Shown: positions 29,320-32,000 of the stretch, piece after piece
How positions within the stretch are numbered: the first letter of the stretch is position 1
Layout of the letters: every line of letters starts with the position of its first letter
NCBI GenBank assembly: GCA_041686745.1
Contig: JAWLDH010000010.1
Location: forward strand, 94,239 to 126,238
Source of the DNA: Rhodospirillaceae bacterium
GTDB lineage: Bacteria; Pseudomonadota; Alphaproteobacteria; Rhodospirillales; Rhodospirillaceae
DNA: 32,000 nucleotides
Reading direction: 5' to 3'
Made by a program: the position numbers and the translations under genes
The notes under the pieces: generated by a model
What the model was told of the DNA's origin: nothing
What the model saw: the letters and a program-made list of their open reading frames with translations, nothing else
Database searches by the model: none

Positions 29320-30091
29320 GGCGCCGGGGCTTCCGAAGCAGGGAGGAGGCAACATTGGCCTGAGGTTCACCAAGCACTTTGACTTCTGGGAGGGCCGGGA
29401 GTGGAGGGCCCAAAAAGGGGCGGTGGCGGCGTGGGTCGAAAGTCTGCCGAATGATGGCGGCAGAGAAGCCCCGCTTTTGGGGCGCCGCAGGGATTTGATC
29501 GCCGCGCTGGAGGGGCTGACCTGGGCCATGCGGACGGTCAGCCGCCTCATCATCGGCGTTGGAAACCCCCATCCTGTGGAAAATGGGCTGACGTGGCATC
29601 CGACTTTGGGAGTCCCCTTTCTTCCCGCGAGCGGTCTTAAGGGGTTGGCGAAGGCCTACGCTGCGGAGGACGTCATTCCCGGCACGGAAGACGAGGTGAT
29701 CTTCAAAAGAATCTTTGGCGGTGACGATGACCAGTCAGGCGGGACAGGCGGGCACGGCAGCGTTCTGTTTTTCGACGCGCTTCCCCGCCTGACCGGCAAG
29801 GGAATGTTGGATTGGGACATCATGACGCCGCATTACAATCCCTGGTACATGGCGTCTGCCCCTTCCGAAACGCCTCCGGGTGACTGGTACGACCCGATCC
29901 CGATTCAGTTCCTGACGGTCGCCCAGGAATGCACATTTGACTTCGCAATAGCTCCGGACCCGTCGGCGGTTGATGCGGACCAGGCAAGAAAAGATATGGG
30001 CCTCGCAAAGGCGTGGCTTGAAAACGCAGCGTCCGATCTTGGTGTCGGGGCCAAGACCGCCGTTGGATATGGTCAAATGGACAGGGTCTAA
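29294..30091 (+). CDS. cmr6: type III-B RAMP protein Cmr6
   Basis: GTG start with a GAGGAAGGAGG RBS. NIGLRFTKHF, SRLIIGVGNPHPVENGLTWHPTLGVPFLPASGLKGLAKA and the C-terminal GVGAKTAVGYGQM are typical Cmr6 blocks. Confidence 0.85.
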   Translation: MVTRPIWDEAPGLPKQGGGNIGLRFTKHFDFWEGREWRAQKGAVAAWVESLPNDGGREAPLLGRRRDLIAALEGLTWAMRTVSRLIIGVGNPHPVENGLTWHPTLGVPFLPASGLKGLAKAYAAEDVIPGTEDEVIFKRIFGGDDDQSGGTGGHGSVLFFDALPRLTGKGMLDWDIMTPHYNPWYMASAPSETPPGDWYDPIPIQFLTVAQECTFDFAIAPDPSAVDADQARKDMGLAKAWLENAASDLGVGAKTAVGYGQMDRV

Positions 30092-30098
30092 GTCGTTG

Positions 30099-30120
30099 GA
30101 AAATGCCCCTTCCGTGGGGC
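30099..30120 (-). terminator. small hairpin plus T-tract (on the minus strand) between cmr6 and the array 2 trailer
   Basis: GCCCC (30105-30109), loop ttccgt, GGGGC (30116-30120). On the minus strand the hairpin is followed by ATTTTCC. The 5-bp stem is weak. Confidence 0.3.
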
Positions 30121-30172
30121 TCTTGAGGCCCGATCAAGGGCCGTGCTGGCCGCTCCGCTGGGCCGCTGGCAT

Positions 30173-31127
30173 GGTGCTATGCACCGGCCGAAGCCGGTGC
30201 TGGTTAAACGTTCTCGTCAGCAGAGACGTTGCCCTCAAGCAGGGATAGTTTTGATGCACCGGCCAAAGCCGATGCTGATTAAACGCCGCGGCCTTTGGCT
30301 GCGGTGCGATTGCCGCTTTGTTGTTTTGATGCACCGGCCGAAGCCGATGCTGATTAAACCACCTGAACAACTTCGACATCGACAACAGCAACGTTTTGAT
30401 GCACCGGCCGAAGCCGATGCTGATTAAACTGGCCGACGAACTCCAAGCCAGCGAGGCCATCCGTTTTGATGCACCGGCCGAAGCCGATGCTGATTAAACA
30501 TTTCCGAAGTCACCCCGACTCCGGCGCCGGTGGTAAGTTTTGATGCACCGGCCGAAGCCGATGCTGATTAAACAGAAGTTCGCCCAAATGAAGGCGATCG
30601 GCTAAGTTTTGATGCACCGGCCGAAGCCGATGCTGATTAAACACAGCGAGTCGATCTGCCGCGCAATCGGCGACAAGGCGTTTTGATGCACCGGCCGAAG
30701 CCGATGCTGATTAAACCCACCACCGGTACGACGGTGCGGCGGATTATGTTTTGATGCACCGGCCGAAGCCGATGCTGATTAAACCAAAATGCCGATGGAC
30801 CATCCGGTGGAGAGGGTTTTGATGCACCGGCCGAAGCCGATGCTGATTAAACGAAGGGCATCTCGAGCCGGATCTCGTTCGTGGGTTTTGATGCACCGGC
30901 CGAAGCCGATGCTGATTAAACGCTCTGCAGGACATCAAAAGCGAAGGAGGGAAGTTTTGATGCACCGGCCGAAGCCGATGCTGATTAAACATAACTTCTG
31001 GATCAAACCAGATTATCGTTGGTTTTGATGCACCGGCCGAAGCCGATGCTGATTAAACCGACAAGTACAAGGCCTAAACTAAACACCCCCGTTTTGATGC
31101 ACCGGCCGAAGCCGATGCTGATTAAAC
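30173..31127 (-). CRISPR. CRISPR array 2: 14 repeats of 37 nt, 13 spacers of 31-38 nt, transcribed from the minus strand
   Basis: The plus-strand repeat GTTTTGATGCACCGGCCGAAGCCGATGCTGATTAAAC starts at 30248 (1 mismatch), 30323, 30393, 30463, 30537, 30606, 30680, 30748, 30816, 30885, 30954, 31022 and 31091. A degenerate copy GGTGCTATGCACCGGCCGAAGCCGGTGCTGGTTAAAC lies at 30173-30209. Spacer lengths from left to right are 38, 38, 33, 33, 37, 32, 37, 31, 31, 32, 32, 31 and 32 nt. The reverse complement GTTTAATCAGCATCGGCTTCGGCCGGTGCATCAAAAC is 33/37 identical to the array 1 repeat. The degenerate repeat at the left end indicates a leader on the right. Confidence 0.95.
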
Positions 31128-31267
31128 CTACCTCTCTGGCACGTCCTGATCAAGGCGTAAAATGTCAGCATAATTCCACGAAGATGGCGGTGAATCTACA
31201 AACGTGTTTGAAATCCAGGTCATAGAGGGCATTGTTGTCATGAAAACTTCAATCAGGACAGGGTGTT
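31128..31267 (-). promoter_or_regulatory. leader of CRISPR array 2
   Basis: A relatively AT-rich 140 bp between the newest-end repeat (31091-31127) and the Cas6-like ORF. The leader assignment follows from the repeat orientation and the position of the degenerate repeat. Confidence 0.4.
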
Positions 31268-32000
31268 GTGAATAATCCACTGGGTCTGTGGGAAGGTTTT
31301 CTGGGAGGGGAGAAGGTCTGTGTCCCTCTGGAGGCGATATCCCACTTGTGGCAGGCGGGATGCATCGATGTTGTTTGCCATCGGCCTGGGGTTTTCGAGG
31401 AAACTCCGGGTTTGTCGGACCGTGTGCGCGGGGCTTTCGGGCGCCAGCTCCATCCTGGGGGCGCCGGGCCGCGGCGGCACGACACGGATATCTTATGGAC
31501 TTTGCTTTTCGAGTCCATGCCGCTGCTGGATGGCGGCCGCGCACCCCATCGGCCTGCGGTCCTGTCAGCGGTTTATGATGGTGCCAACATCCGGGTCCGG
31601 CTGATGCTGTTGGGAGATGTGCGGCGGTATCTGAACGCGGCAGCCCATGCCTTGCGGGCGGGATTGGAACACGGCATCGCAGTGCGGCCGAATGGCATCG
31701 GTCGGCAGCCGCTTCCGGTGGTGGCGATGACAACCCGATGGATCGAGGGACTGGTCTTGCCGCCCGGGCCCGACGCAGAGGTCCATCTGCACTTCCTGAC
31801 GCCCTTGTCCATTCGGGCCAGGGGCCGGTCGCGGCGCTCCGCGTCGGGCCTGTTGCCTGGATTGGTCCAGAAAGTGGCCGAGATACTTCCGATGATGGGG
31901 CTGACGCTGGACGAGGACAGCCGGCGAGCCGTGCTGCGCGCTGTTGAGCATGTGACGGTCGAAGATGGTGCCATGATCTTGACGCGGTGGAAGCGCCACT
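31268..32000 (+). CDS. cas6: putative Cas6-family (DUF2276-type) pre-crRNA endoribonuclease, truncated by the window end
   Basis: My own translation of the frame that opens at 31244 finds GTG 31268 and no stop through 32000: MNNPLGLWEGFLGGEKVCVPLEAISHLWQAGCIDVVCHRPGVFEETPGLSDRVRGAFGRQLH...LLFES...PAVLSAVYDGANIRVRLMLLGD...HLHFLTPLSIRARG. The ...LRGAFG..L, ...LFE and P.vl...g..l.f.L.LlG blocks resemble the DUF2276-type Cas6 as I recall it. It is not in the ORF track because it has no stop codon. It sits next to an array in a locus that otherwise lacks cas6. Confidence 0.45.
   Translation, partial: MNNPLGLWEGFLGGEKVCVPLEAISHLWQAGCIDVVCHRPGVFEETPGLSDRVRGAFGRQLHPGGAGPRRHDTDILWTLLFESMPLLDGGRAPHRPAVLSAVYDGANIRVRLMLLGDVRRYLNAAAHALRAGLEHGIAVRPNGIGRQPLPVVAMTTRWIEGLVLPPGPDAEVHLHFLTPLSIRARGRSRRSASGLLPGLVQKVAEILPMMGLTLDEDSRRAVLRAVEHVTVEDGAMILTRWKRH

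Noticed and set aside
20241-31127. Self-targeting spacers (spacer matches elsewhere in the window)
   Set aside because: I could not find an obvious match by eye, but I cannot do an exhaustive search without tools. No claim is made; this needs BLAST of all 19 spacers.
30134-31225. ORFs 30134-30460, 30143-30427, 30744-30992, 30789-31028 and 31019-31225
   Set aside because: They lie inside CRISPR array 2. The repeated peptides (LMHRPKPMLIK, FNQHRLRPVHQN) are translations of the repeat.
31128-31999. Minus-strand ORFs 31128-31733 (201 aa) and 31565-31999 (144 aa)
   Set aside because: Both are Pro/Arg/Gly/Ala-rich shadow ORFs. The plus-strand frame is open through the whole interval and carries Cas6-like blocks.

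Overview
This is 32 kb of high-GC bacterial DNA. Two 60-nt lines I counted by hand gave 40/60 G+C in a typical stretch (19001-19060) and 23/60 in an AT-rich patch (21421-21480). The protein style looks alphaproteobacterial, but I cannot name the species. Nearly the whole window reads as one defence island, and almost every real gene has a long GC-rich antisense shadow ORF in the track. From left to right it contains six blocks. (1) A Lon-type AAA+ ATPase with no protease domain (371-1855, minus). (2) A decayed mosaic (2024-4745) holding a divergent putative PD-(D/E)XK protein / XRE-HTH pair, an unknown 261-aa protein, gene remnants, and three copies of a 23-bp palindrome. (3) A tightly coupled five-gene minus-strand operon: dcm, GHKL ATPase, Z1 ATPase, DUF4420-like PD-(D/E)XK protein and vsr (12142 down to 4759). 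(4) A CX5R phosphatase and secreted-protein pair. (5) A four-gene plus-strand operon with a CII-like HTH protein, a VirD4/TraG-type coupling-protein ATPase lacking transmembrane helices, and two unknown proteins (13625-17786). (6) A complete RT-Cas1 type III-B CRISPR-Cas locus from 17815 to the window end. It comprises cas2, RT-cas1, array 1 (7 repeats), a 527-aa four-TM plus CARF-like membrane protein, csx16, cmr1-cas10-cmr3-cmr4-cmr5-cmr6, array 2 (14 repeats, opposite orientation), and a truncated Cas6-like ORF that the ORF track does not list. My best candidate for a new system is an HD-less, GGDD-intact Cas10 signalling to the multi-pass membrane CARF protein, with Csx16 alongside. The second candidate is the orphan soluble T4CP operon. 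All product calls come from motif recognition by eye; no searches were run.
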